DNA from: Vicugna vicugna
Lineage: Eukaryota
Assembly: GCA_013265495.1 (NCBI GenBank)
Contig: MU058213.1
Location: 3,286,001 to 3,350,000 of the forward strand
Direction: 5' to 3'
Length of the DNA stretch: 64,000 bases
Both the position numbers and the translations under genes were made by a program. Positions 38,171-50,250 of the stretch are shown in pieces (positions within the stretch are counted from its first letter, which is position 1; each line of letters starts with the position of its first letter). Under the pieces are notes generated by a model. The model worked only from the letters and a program-made list of their open reading frames with translations, had not been told where the DNA came from and did not search any database.

Positions 38171-41100
38171 TAATGTATTTCTACCTTATACTTCTCTAAA
38201 TAATAATAAAACAAACACATAAATAAATCCAGTGTTTCATAAGGGAAAACAATCATCCTTAATAGATATATCAAATGTGAAAAAGGCCTTAGAATAAAAT
38301 AGTAAAAATAATTCTAGATTGAATTTGAACATTTAAAATCCAAAAATAAGCTGTGAATTTAGAATTTCTCCAAAGTAATTTAACAGTTTGCATAAATATT
38401 TTTCAAACTGATATGTTCTAATATTTAATTTTAAAATGCATTAAAAGGATATCCTAAAATACTCTATAAGATATATGTGATTCCCTCTGTATACACTGTG
38501 GTACAAATGTGTTAAGTAGCATGTCCAGTATCACTCAAAGCTGAACCAAGAACTTGTGATTTCCTATGAAAAAGTACAGGGTCTTTAAATTTATACAAAT
38601 ACATGCCTTTGTCACAGCAAGTATGTCTCCTTATAATGAATTTTAAAACAAATATTTTCAAGCTTTTATAAAATAATTATCAGAAAGCAAAAACACATGT
38701 GCATTTCATCCTTGAAACGATTTCTAACATCCAGCACTGAAATTCTAAGATTCAAAAGGTTTCTGTTCAGATCAATGGCTACTTAATTTGAATCTGTTTT
38801 CTTCTTTCTTTCCTCCTAGTGCTAAACCTATTAGTCAACTGAATCCTGAGTTCCATCTTACAAACTCTCCCTCTGAATGGGTACAAATGGAATTCAACTG
38901 GCTCTCCGCACAAGTTTTTCAAACGTATTTCTTTATACTGTCTCTACTCAGTTAGAAGAGTACCTTTAGGAAAGCCTCCTGAGTGTGAGGTATTATGCCA
39001 GGAATCAGGAGATACAGAAAAGGAAGGATGAACGAGAACTTGCCCAAAGTAGCTCACATTCTCCGGCAGCCAGACACGGGAACAGCCAGGTCGTATAGAA
39101 AGCTGATGTTGACGAGGGTTATGAGTGGAGATGGAGAGATTAATCTTTTTTCCATCGTGCAAACAATCAATCAACATTTCATGAATCCTTCTCTGCAATG
39201 GTTATTTACTTATTTTTTAGCCCTAAAATTGATTCTTCATTTTCCTCTTCTTACTCTTTTAAAAAAAATAAGCTGCTTACACTAAATTTTAAACCCAGAA
39301 TTAACCTTTTTTTGGTTGCTGTTGATCACACAGAAGCAGCTTATATGTCCTAAGAAGATGAGAGCACAGAGGTGCCCCCTTTCCACTCCCAGCACCTGGC
39401 TATTACCCTCTCAGCAAAGACGCCAACAAGTCCGACACGAGGAGAGGCAGCTCTTCCGACATCCACCTGGAAATCATCCCTGCAGCCAGAGCAACCGCTT
39501 CCAGTGCTGGGCTCCTTCCCCTGCTAGTTTACCCGAGGTTAGGAAAAGGCAAACCACTGAGCAGGCAAATCAAGTATACTGGGTGCACGAGATTCCTTTC
39601 TATCCACACCAAAAAGTAAAGCAAGAACCAGGATAATTTTGGAAAATATTTTAGTAGAAAAAATAAAATTATAGGACATATTAGGTGGAAAAAATATGGT
39701 AAAGGAAAGAGAAAATCCATTCACGTTTGTTCACATGTGATCTACTCTTCATGCTCTGTGAAGAATCTTGTTTTTAAAACTAAAAAGTGCCACGTTGGGG
39801 GCCAAGCTGAGCAGTGAGCCACCTGCACTTGCCACATACTCCTCTTAGACTTTAAAAATATGACTTCAATTTCAAAATCTAGTCACTGTATTATTTTGAT
39901 CTGTGAATCCAGAAAGCCCAGAGAATCCTGGCTCGTTCTTCATAAACAATTTGTTAGAAATTTGATTTCATGTACTTTTGTAAATTTAAGACGGGACCTA
40001 AAGGATCAAAGCCCTCAAAATAACGTTAAGATGAGCATTATCAGGCAGTAAGAGTTATCAGCTAAGAAAAAACAGAGAACAGCTGCACAATTAACAAAAT
40101 TAAGGATACCGAGTAAAAAAATAAAGTTTAGGACCAATACATTAAGTACAGGTAAATGCACCAATGATGTATCTCAGCAGAAGCAGTACAAGTCCTAATG
40201 CTCTGCAGTTCTGCAAAGACCCTCTGATGCATGAGGGACAAAACAGAGACAGGATTAACACTGTGAAATGCCACAGGGATCCAGTTCCCAAGGCCTGTTC
40301 CAGCCCTCCTTGAGACAAGCGCTGCCACGTATGTGGTGCTTGGTTACACGAGACTCAGCAGACTTAGGCTATGCGGTTTAGGGGGAAACCAGCAGAGTCA
40401 GGAAGAGCAGCCACAAAGAATAGCGCAGGCCTCCTCCAAACCCAGCAAGGGAAGGAGAGTGAGAGAGAGGCGGGTGGGGAGAGAGGTGGTCGCAGTTCCT
40501 TCAAAGCTCAACGCAAGGGGCATAAAAATCACTCCTCAACAGGGCTAATTGCTTAATGGTCCCAGGGGTGATAGATAGCATTTGGATTTGTGGTTAAACT
40601 TGCCTAAAGATTTAGCAATATAGAAAGATGAAGGGTCAGGAAAGAAAGCCCACGTTAATTTAACACAAATCTGGCTCTGAACGCTTTGATGCATAACTCT
40701 GGAGTGTCAGCTTAAGTTAACGTGATCGTGGTCCCAGCCAAATTAACTTGCCTTTCTTTATCAAAGAAATTTGTCTTTATCTTTTCTTTATTTTTTGGCC
40801 AAAAAACAATCTCCTTCCTGAAACATCACTATGGCTATATCCATTATTTTTTCTCCACTGGTTCTAAGACTTGCGTCACCTTCTTTCTTTTCTATTTCAT
40901 TCTCACTACCAGCTCTTCCACTTGAGTTTGTTTCACCTAAGGAGGAATCAGAACCAGAAGTCTGGCTGGCCAAGCAAAGAGTCCACAGGTGTCAAATAAA
41001 CACTTACCAAAGCACCTGCTAAAAGTCAGGTACTGTCTGCAAGACTCAAAATGCCAGAAAACCATAACTCTTGCTTTTAATTTCAATCTACCAAAGGGGA

Positions 41101-41224
41101 AGGATTGGTAAATGAATGCTCGCTCTATATGATTTACCAGTTGTATAGTCTTGGCTAAGTTTCTTAGTTTTCTAAGCCTTGCTTATTTTCCTTTGGAACA
41201 TAGAGATATAATCCTTTTCAGGGA

Positions 41225-41673
41225 TTTTTTTAACATTTTTTATTGATTTATAATCATTTTACAATGTTGTGTCAAATTCCAGTGTTCAGCACAATTTTTC
41301 AGTCATTCATGGACATATACACACTCATTGTCACATTTTTTTCTCTGTGAGTTATCATAACATTTTGTGTATATTTCCCTGTGCTATACAGTGTAATCTT
41401 GTTTATCTATTCTACAATTTTGAAATCCCAGTCTATCCCTTCCCACCCTCCACCCCCCTGGTAACCACAAGTCTGTATTCTCTGTCTGTGAGTCTATTTC
41501 TGTCCTGTATTTATGCTTTGTTTTTGTTTGCTTGTTTTTGTTTTTGTTTTTTAGATTCCACATATGAGCGATCTCACATGGTATTTTTCTTTCTCTTTCT
41601 GGCTTACTTCACTTAGAATGACATTCTCCAGGAGCATCCCTGTTGCTGCAAATGGCATTATGTTGTCGGTTTT
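41225..41673 (-). mobile_element. Young lineage-specific L1 3' end inserted into a MIR (MIR halves ~41100-41224 and ~41675-41757)
   Basis: Tail 'tttttttaacattttttattgatttataatc', then 'ttagattccacatatgagcgatctcacatggtatttttctttctctttctggcttacttcacttagaatga'. The flanks join into a MIR-like sequence. Confidence 0.8.
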
Positions 41674-42919
41674 AGAGTATTAGATGACATCATGCCTATT
41701 AAGGGCTTTGTATAGTTCCTATAATTAGTAAACACAACATTACTATTGTTGTTATTCTTTTGAGTAGAGCTGTCTGGGAGAACAGAAAAGGCACTACCAA
41801 AACTACAGGTGCACTTAAATTTGGGAGACACCTTTAGGAAGGCAAATGAATACGAAGGTTGTTCGTTCATACAAGGAAGGTCTAGAATCCCGAGTATCAG
41901 CAAATCAGCAAACACCAAGGCTGAGCTGGAATACCCTCAGTTCTCACGAACATCCCCTGGGCTGCAGAGCAGGCACCAGCTCTCAGGTGTGTGTGTGACT
42001 CATATACATGACTGAAGGAGCTGCGTTTTGTGTTTATAGCCACTAAGAAAGCTTGCTGTTTTGGCAGCCACTCCACATGGTGTATAATCCTCTCAGTGTC
42101 AGATCTACCTTCACCCATGTCTTCCATTTTAATCTAATAAGCTCTCATCTGTTAATAAAGAAACAACCTGATGATGATAAATGCTTTGGAAAATAACTTA
42201 ACAGACTTCCCCATTAATGGAAGAGCAGTAGATTGTTTCAAAAAAACGAGGTGGGAAGAGTTTGAGAACTTGTATTAGAAAACAGCAAGCAAGTGGACAC
42301 AACAAATTCATTCATTCTTAATTATGTCCAGTTTTAACCATTAGGTGTTACTAAGAACCTGTCTTAATTCCATTCTAAAAGCGTATGATTTAACAATAAT
42401 GCATTCACTGAATCTTCATGCAACAATCTTAAGTAACCTACTAAAAGTTTTGGTAGAATATACCCATTTTTTCATTGCAACCTGTTTTCAAAGACCACAA
42501 AACAACAACAAAATACGCCTTCTCTCAGTGTTTTACTTAAATAATGTGCATTTCCCTCTCTATCACTAGATGGCACCTATGTGCCTGTAAGGAGAGTGAT
42601 AACTCATCTAATAAGAAGGTGGGAGCTATTCAGATACCAGTTGAAACTGATAAATGAGCAATTCAAAATAGGTATGCATGAAATACCGCTATGGCTTTAG
42701 TTTTACCAAATGAAAGACTTCATGAAATGCAAAGCTATAAAGAGGGAGAAGGGCTGCCCTGGATCAGGGTCTGTCATACATACAAATATTTCACATGAAC
42801 TTAAAAACCCCATGACTGAGGTATTGTTTTTGTCACCTATCCTCTACACAGGAGGATACTGAGACAAAGAGAAGAAGTAACTTTCCTAATGACTCAGTGC
42901 TACCAAGAAGTTAAGATTG

Positions 42920-43530
42920 ACAGTTTAGCACAAGGGTTATGCTTTATCTGAGATGTCAGACCTAGATGGCCTGGATTCCAATTTCACCTTGGTAAGTTAT
43001 TTTCTCTGTTTACCTCAGTTAAAATCACCTATAAAATGGGTATGATGATGACACAGCATCTGTCTCTTGAGGTGATGGGAGGAGGATATGAACTGATTCA
43101 CATAAAGTGACTGAGAGAGTGCCAGTGTGTAGTAACAGTAACACACTGATAAAAGTAATATACAGATAAAAATATCAGTAGTTATAATATAAATCTTAGC
43201 ATCCGACAACTCCCTGCTCCCTCTCACTTAGAAGACCAGGATGGTATAGTGGTTAAAGGAGAGACTCTGGAACCAGGCCAGTTGGGTTTGAATTGAGTTT
43301 CCTCATCTATAAAATGGAGATTAAATGAGTTTATATTTATAAAATGCTTAGGAAAATGTCTGACACAGTAGGTGTTTTAGTGCTAAATAGATAAATGTAG
43401 AGAGGGCTGGTTTGAGAATTAGGGGATCTGGCTTTCATTCTTGGATTTTATAGCTGTGTGGCTGTAAAGGTAGTCTCCTAGAACTCAGTTTCCTCATGTT
43501 TAAGATTAGGAAGTTGAAACATATAAGTTA
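42920..43530 (+). mobile_element. Cluster of MIR fragments
   Basis: Repeated 'ctcagtt...aaaatggg', 'tttcctcatctataaaatggagattaaatgag', 'ctcagtttcctcat' cores. Confidence 0.6.
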
Positions 43531-44158
43531 CTCCCAAATTTGTTTAGGTAACAGTGTGCTAGGAGAGCGAAAACAAAGGTCTAAATAAGTACCATGCAAG
43601 ACAGTAACTGCTGCAAAGGGATTTGTTGAAACTCTAAGGGAAGTTAGAGGAGGGAATGGTTACTAGTAGTTTGGGGAGTGAAGAGGGCTTCATCAAAGAA
43701 GTGCATTTGATTTGAGCAGAATCTGACCTTCCTGTAATAAGCATGGGGGAGAAGAGACTGAGGCCATGGGAAGAATATGAGCAAAGGCTCGGGGTCAGGA
43801 ACCTACGGACCAGGGATGAGTGACGGGGAAGAGCTCAGTAAAGGGTGCATGAGTGAGGGTCAAGCAGAAAAGTTCGGCTGGGGGTCATTCTCGGAGGGCT
43901 TTGAGAGCCAGGCGAGGCACTGTGGATTTTATTACTTATATATGGAAAACAGCTGACTCAATGAAATCGCTGAGAGAAGGGATTAATGAGGAGGAGGAGT
44001 AGGAAAGCTCCCCAGTTTCCAGCATGGGTTCACCAGACAGAAATGGAAGAGCATATGCCTGATGGAGCCAAGGACATGCTGAATCAGAGATGCGGGGGGA
44101 AGGGGGCTGACCAGAGGGTGGTAAGAAGTGTAGGCTGAAGAAAAAGAAAAAAAAGGCA

Positions 44159-44298
44159 GGGGGGTGGAAGGTATAGCTCAGTGGTAGTGTCTGCTCAGCA
44201 TACACAAGGTCCTGGGTTTAATCCCCAGTCCCTCCACTAAAAAATACATAAATAATAAATAAACCTAATTACCTCCCCCACAAAAAGAAAAAAGAAAA
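44159..44298 (+). mobile_element. tRNA-derived SINE (camelid Vic-1-like) inside an L2 fragment
   Basis: 'ggtatagctcagtggtag...gtcctgggtttaatccccag...aaacctaattacctcccc' + A-tail; degenerate 18-bp TSD at 44123-44140 / 44299-44316 (15/18). Confidence 0.85.
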
Positions 44299-46898
44299 AA
44301 GAAATGTGGGCTGGAGCCAGCAGTGAGGATGGAGAACCACATTCAGCAGTTATTTACACAAAAGGGTGCAGGCAGAGGAGAGAAAAGACAGCAAGGACTA
44401 GAAACCTTGGGGCCAAAAAGGAAGTGGTCTTCAAGAGTCATGAGGAGAACCAGGAACGTAAAATACCATGGACACCAAGGGAAGGATGGCTGACAATGTC
44501 CAAAGCTGGAGAGAAGTCACCAAGGGTCTGGCTATCTCTGTCCTTTAACAGAATAAATTCATCAGGAAGCCGTGAGGTTAGGGGTAGCAAAAAACATGGA
44601 GTTAAAGAGCGAGGAAGTGGACATCAGAGGCAGAACTATAAAGGGGAATGAAAATGCATTATCTTCTGATATGTACAGAAACATGAACATGTTATGTAGC
44701 TCTACATGGTAGAATTTTTAGTTACTTTGCTTCCTATATTTCTACCTGTTCTATAACAAACATGAATTGCTTTGGTAATAATAAAATGGTGAAGAACTGT
44801 TGAGAAAATGTACTGTTTTATATGCCAACAAGCTACAATGTACTTGATATGCATTATCTTAAATAATCCTTACAATAATCCTATAAAATAAGAATTGTTA
44901 TTTTTATTTTACAGATTAAGACACTTCTATGTAAGCAAACTAGTTTTCTGTCAACAACCAATCATTTTTTCCCATGTAAAATATCCAAAACTCTATTTCA
45001 AACCTCCTTGATTCTTTACTACACTAGAAATAACTGAAACTTCCTCTGGCGCTTCAAAATCATCCTTATGAGCATCAATTATTATATCTTCTACAACATA
45101 GAGTGGTTGGGTTTGTTTTTTTTAATTTATTTTTATTGTCCTTCAGCTCCAATTTTGTGCTTCTGGGTCTATGTGATAAAGCCAGGGGTCCTATAATCAC
45201 TAATATCTGAGAAGCCAAATAGGAAAATATGTGAGAATATGTGTAAAATTAAGAGAAGACATTCTAAGCAATGTCATCCTCTCCTTAAGTGGCTTTATGA
45301 CTTAAACCCATTTTTGGCCCCTTCCGGGTTTAGGTTATCCCTGGAGTAGACCCCGAATAAGTGGGTGATATTAATGTACATTCAAAGCAATCAAACACAC
45401 AGTAAAACAAAAGCAAAGTAATCAGAGATTTAAACACTAAGGAATAAACTTACTCCGAGGAGAAAACTTTTAAGAGTTCCAGTCTTATTGGATTTTCATC
45501 ATTGTTCTGTCCTTCTACTTTTTATTTTCGATACAAAAGGCAAAAACGAATAGGCTCACTTGTAGGAAGTTCCTGCACCATTCCTTCCCCCAGACACCAT
45601 GAAGATCAAAAGTTCTCTGACCGGAGATGAACTCAGATGGTAAAACTGATGGATATCCATTCAAACTTTATGGATTCTCTGCTGTAAGACTGACATTTCT
45701 AGGAGTTTGGCTTCTTGGAAAATACATAATAGAAAACTATTAGTTACAAAGTATTTAGCTGTGGACCAAGAATGAGAGAGAACTCTGGGCTCATGAAAAC
45801 CAAGCTTTTATTTCTTCCAGCTGCTAACTGGTAAGGTTCCAGAAGCCTTGAAAAGACCCAGGCCAGAGCGGACACGTGGGAGCAGATAAAATTCAGAGAA
45901 AACCTGAGGTCAGAACCATGAGAAAACTTTTACCCCACAGCAGTTGAGTCCACCTCTGACATAATTTCTAAAATTCCAATCTCATAAAGACTTGATGCGT
46001 TTTATTTCCCGTCCTTCTATGCAAACTTCTCAGGTGGTGGGAAAAGTAATCCTCCTACGACTAAAGGAAGGAAAAGGAATCAGATCCACGTTGGGACAGT
46101 CCCCGGCCACTTGTTCAGTTTACTGACATGAACATGCTGGAGCAGCTTAATAGAACATTTTGAGAGAACAAAAAGCATTACTTTAAAAATCACTATGCAC
46201 TGCTGAAAATTATTTCCTTAAACTACTGCTAAAGAAAAGCTTTGCTTATATTACCAACAAAGTGTCATAATTAAGACGGCTTCAAAGCATTAAAAATAAA
46301 TAAATTAGAATAGATGTGCGCAATTAAGTCTGAACACTTGCTGATAAAAAGTCAACTTCTATGAAGTCTGAAAATAGCTAAAGTAGGAAATGCTCAGGGT
46401 AAGTGAGAAACGGTGAAGTTCTGAGGGGTGAAACCTAGTGCCTGGCCAAATGTCCATTTTTAACTTAATCTTTTGTGCTACAAGGTTTGGTGTGAGCATT
46501 TTCAGGCTCATTGTTCCCCTGCAGTCCGACTGGAGGGCTCCTTGGTCTGGCCAGCCAGGGTGGCTGCACTGCCCCCAAGCCTGTCCCGCCAACACAATAC
46601 CCCCACATAATTATTCAGAGAAGAGGCCAGCAGTACGGACCACTGTGACACCTGGGTCATGGCCTCTGACATAGAATCTGGGGCCAGCCCAAGTCTGCTC
46701 CTGGAGCAGAGGAGCAGGAAAAATGCTAAGGGGGATGGGTGGGAAAGGGAAGCTGAGTGAAATACTCTGTTTTAAAATGCTATGTTTAAGCACAGTAATG
46801 AAAATGCAAATCACATTTGAACAATTTGATTTGCCTTCAAGTTATCAAACTGCTGTGTCTCTCCTTTCTAAACTGTACTGAGATTAGTACAAGCCTTT

Positions 46899-47016
46899 GT
46901 CGGGGGGGCATAATTAGGTTTGTTGGTTTGTTTGTTTAATAGAGGTACCGGGGACCGAACCTAGGACGTGGTGCACACTAGGCACGCGCTCTACCACTGA
47001 GCTATACCCTCCCGCC
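46899..47016 (-). mobile_element. tRNA-derived SINE (camelid Vic-1-like)
   Basis: Reverse complement 'gggagggtatagctcagtggtagagcgcgtgcctag...ggttcggtccccggtacctc'; TSD tagtacaag(c/t)cttt at 46885-46898 / 47017-47030. Confidence 0.88.
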
Positions 47017-49739
47017 TAGTACAAGTCTTTTAAGAGAGATTTCTTTGTCTTGTATCATCAGACTTTTGTTAGAATGGAAAAGGTTAATTCATGACAGTTA
47101 AAACGCCTTACATAAATGTGTTAGTAGGCTGATTAAAAAGCAAAAGCTTTTTAAGCTAAAAAAATGTAAATTTTACTTTAATTCAGGATGAAAAATTCAT
47201 TTCCCTTTTGTTTATAAACTGAATTTCTGTAATGGATTGTTAATCATAAACATATTTCACTGTTTGCATTATAAATTTAAAGGAAGGGTTTTTTTTAATG
47301 ATCACCATGCCAAAATGTTATAAATTTGTTCTGTGATAATACAGAATATTTATTTGAGTGTAAAATGGACAGAATGGCAGATAGAGTGGGCAACCCCCGC
47401 ACTTGCACTCTCCCAACTTTCCCTACGTGTTCTGCAGAACAGCTCTCTATGGAAGCTGATGGTAGAGTATTTGTCTAAACCTGAAATGACTCAGTCCCTT
47501 TTGTTCTGCCCCCTCACCCCTACCCCAAGGGCCTTAAGACAAATAACACCTCTCACTCCCAGTAAAAACATCCCCTTTCCTACTGAGTTTAGGATAATTT
47601 GGAAGAAAGCTCTTTGTATGTGACATTTGAGAATCAGTTTCCTACCAAAGTAAGTATATCCTATTGTTAATCTCTATTTTTCAAAATCTCCCCCAAAAGA
47701 CTGAGATTGTTTTGTAAAATCCAGAAGCCTAAGGCTTTCCCAGTTATATTGTCTTCACTAGCATTCTGATCATGCTATTTCTTTTTTGATGGCATGGTTT
47801 CATTTTTATACCTCTATTAGACTTTTAAGACTTCTTTTAAAATCCATTTTTCACCTTTGACAAATGCATTACTTGGGGCTGTCTGGGTAAGATATATCTG
47901 GGGTTGAAGACTTCTACTTTAACATTGCCATGAATGAATCTGATTTACAACCAAACACAAAAAACAAATCTGAAAGTGATATTGGAAGCTCTGACACAGG
48001 TTTTGATCTTTTATGTTCTTTTCTTACGGCATTCCTTTGCCCTTTGTGAATCTCTGTGGAAGAAAGGCACCTCAGTGGTCCAGTTTTGTAAGACGAGCAA
48101 GCACTGCCACTGAGTCTCTCCAACTACACCATCAACTAATGAAATTGTGCCGACGGCTGATGGTGCCTGTGGGCTGGATGGAGAAAAAGAAAGAAGACTC
48201 CAAGAAAGCAGTGGTTTAACTGTTACAAAATTTGTAACAGCTTTATGTGAAGAGTTCTAATAAAACTGGTCCACATCTATTATTCCTGAATAACTTGAAA
48301 GTGAATAATATGGAGGGATTGTGGATTACAAGAATTTGTAACATAAACAAGTGTTAGAATGCGGAAGTGGGGAGCGCATTTTACGAGACTATAAAATTTA
48401 CAAAGGAAGTTTACTTAAAGTCGTTATCTAAGAAAATGAAATAAATCCCTTTGATTATGTTGATATTTCTATCCAGAGCAATCCTTATCCTAAAAGCATA
48501 CAAAGTACTTGACTTATGTTACTATATTCGGCTTAGCATTTAAGTAGCTGCTCTGTCTGCCAACACACACTGTCTGTCTGACATACATCATTGCCTTACA
48601 AACAATATTTTTATAGACTGACAGAGAGAGCCTATTCATGACAACCAAACTTCCCCTGAAGCCATGAAATAAATTTCCTTCCAGGACTAACATTTCTCCC
48701 TTTCACTGTCATGGGCTCGCCATGCCATTTTGACCTTTTTGTGAGGCAACATGAAAATACCATCTATCATCTCCTGAACCACGGTGACTTGGTCGGAGGT
48801 GCACAGTTTCATGGCAAAAACATCTGTGCTTTGATAACCATTCCTCCAAATCTCAGACCTCGGCAGTTAAAAGCATGCTTACAAGATGGGAAAGAAGCAG
48901 GTAGACAGCTTGAAACCAATCTTAAATTTCTTCTCAAGTAGGAAATGCAAGCTGGTGAAATATCAGCTTCATCAATCACAGCGATAAAACATGATTTTGT
49001 TATTTATTTATGCCTCCTTTAGAACTCACAAGAAGCACTGTGTTACAGCAATTTATTTAAACTTTGTTGAATGTATCACTCTGAAATCAATTTTAATGCT
49101 AGCAGATAAGAGAATTCTGGGAGTTCTTTGATATAAGCAGGTGCAAGTCATTACCGTGTTAATTGGCTACAAACTGTCTACTCAAGTTCTATATAAACCT
49201 GAAGTTTATAATAGATACTTTCAGATACTGAAAGACACTAAAGATCTTTGGGGGTACTTGGAAGGTATTCAATATATCTTTAAATAGTTTTCAACAGGTA
49301 TGATAGAGAATCTGAAACAATTTGAGCATACAGAGTTAAACCAAAAAACATTTTTCTGGTAAGTAAAATATTCAAAAGAAAACCCTAAGATTTCTTATAA
49401 TCAATCTGAAATATATTACTATAAACACCAATTTATAAACATTCCATGAATAGAAGAAATCATTTCAGTTTTTAGTTCCTCAAGTGAGGTTTAATTGGAA
49501 GGGCTACTGGACAGTATGAGTAAGAAATTGATTTTCTCTATTTATTTCTCAGTGGGTAAAGTTATATTACAATGTATGCCAATTGATACAACTTTTAAAT
49601 ATCACACACATCGGAAGAAATTATTTTATATAATCAGCTGTTATTTCAGAAGTGCTGTTGTTTTAACCATGTGCGTCATTATTGTAAAACCATTCCTAAC
49701 TTGGAAGAGCTGATTAAACACACAGCACAGGGCATTTTT

Positions 49740-50250
49740 AACATTTTAAATTATTTTTTAAACATTTTGATGTATTTTCCTGATTTCTTATTCTCTTATT
49801 GGTATGTGCATGTGTTCAAGTGCACACATACACACACATTTTCTTTTGTTGAACTATCACTATACTTCATACCTAAATACTTGGACATGTTTCCCCTGAG
49901 AACAGGACAGTCTCTCCTACATAACCACAATACCATTATTACATCCAATAGATTTAACACTGATACAGTTTTATCAGACACACAGTCCATTTTTAAATTT
50001 CCCACCAATATGTCCTTTATTCTCTGCCCCTCCCACCCCAATTCCTGAATCCAGCTGAAGGTCACACACTGCTTCTTTCTCTAGAACTGTTCCCTGTCTT
50101 TTTCTTATCTTTCATGACAAGAACATCTTTAAAGAATCAGTCCAGATGTTTTGTAGACTGCCTCACATCTGGATTTATCTAATTGTTTCCTCCTGGTGAG
50201 ATTCAGACTAAGTGTTTTTGGCAAGAATATTATGCAGGTTAGACTATGAC
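49740..50250 (-). mobile_element. Old L1 (L1MC4/5-like) 3' fragment
   Basis: 'ctcctacataaccacaataccattattacatccaa', 'cctcacatctggatttatctaattgtttcctc', 'tttttggcaagaatatta'. Confidence 0.6.

Noticed and set aside
44159..44235. tRNA-like sequence (also 46945-47016 and 12320-12392)
   Set aside because: These are SINE heads: degenerate cloverleaf, shared 3' body, A-rich tail and, for two copies, TSDs. They are not tRNA genes.
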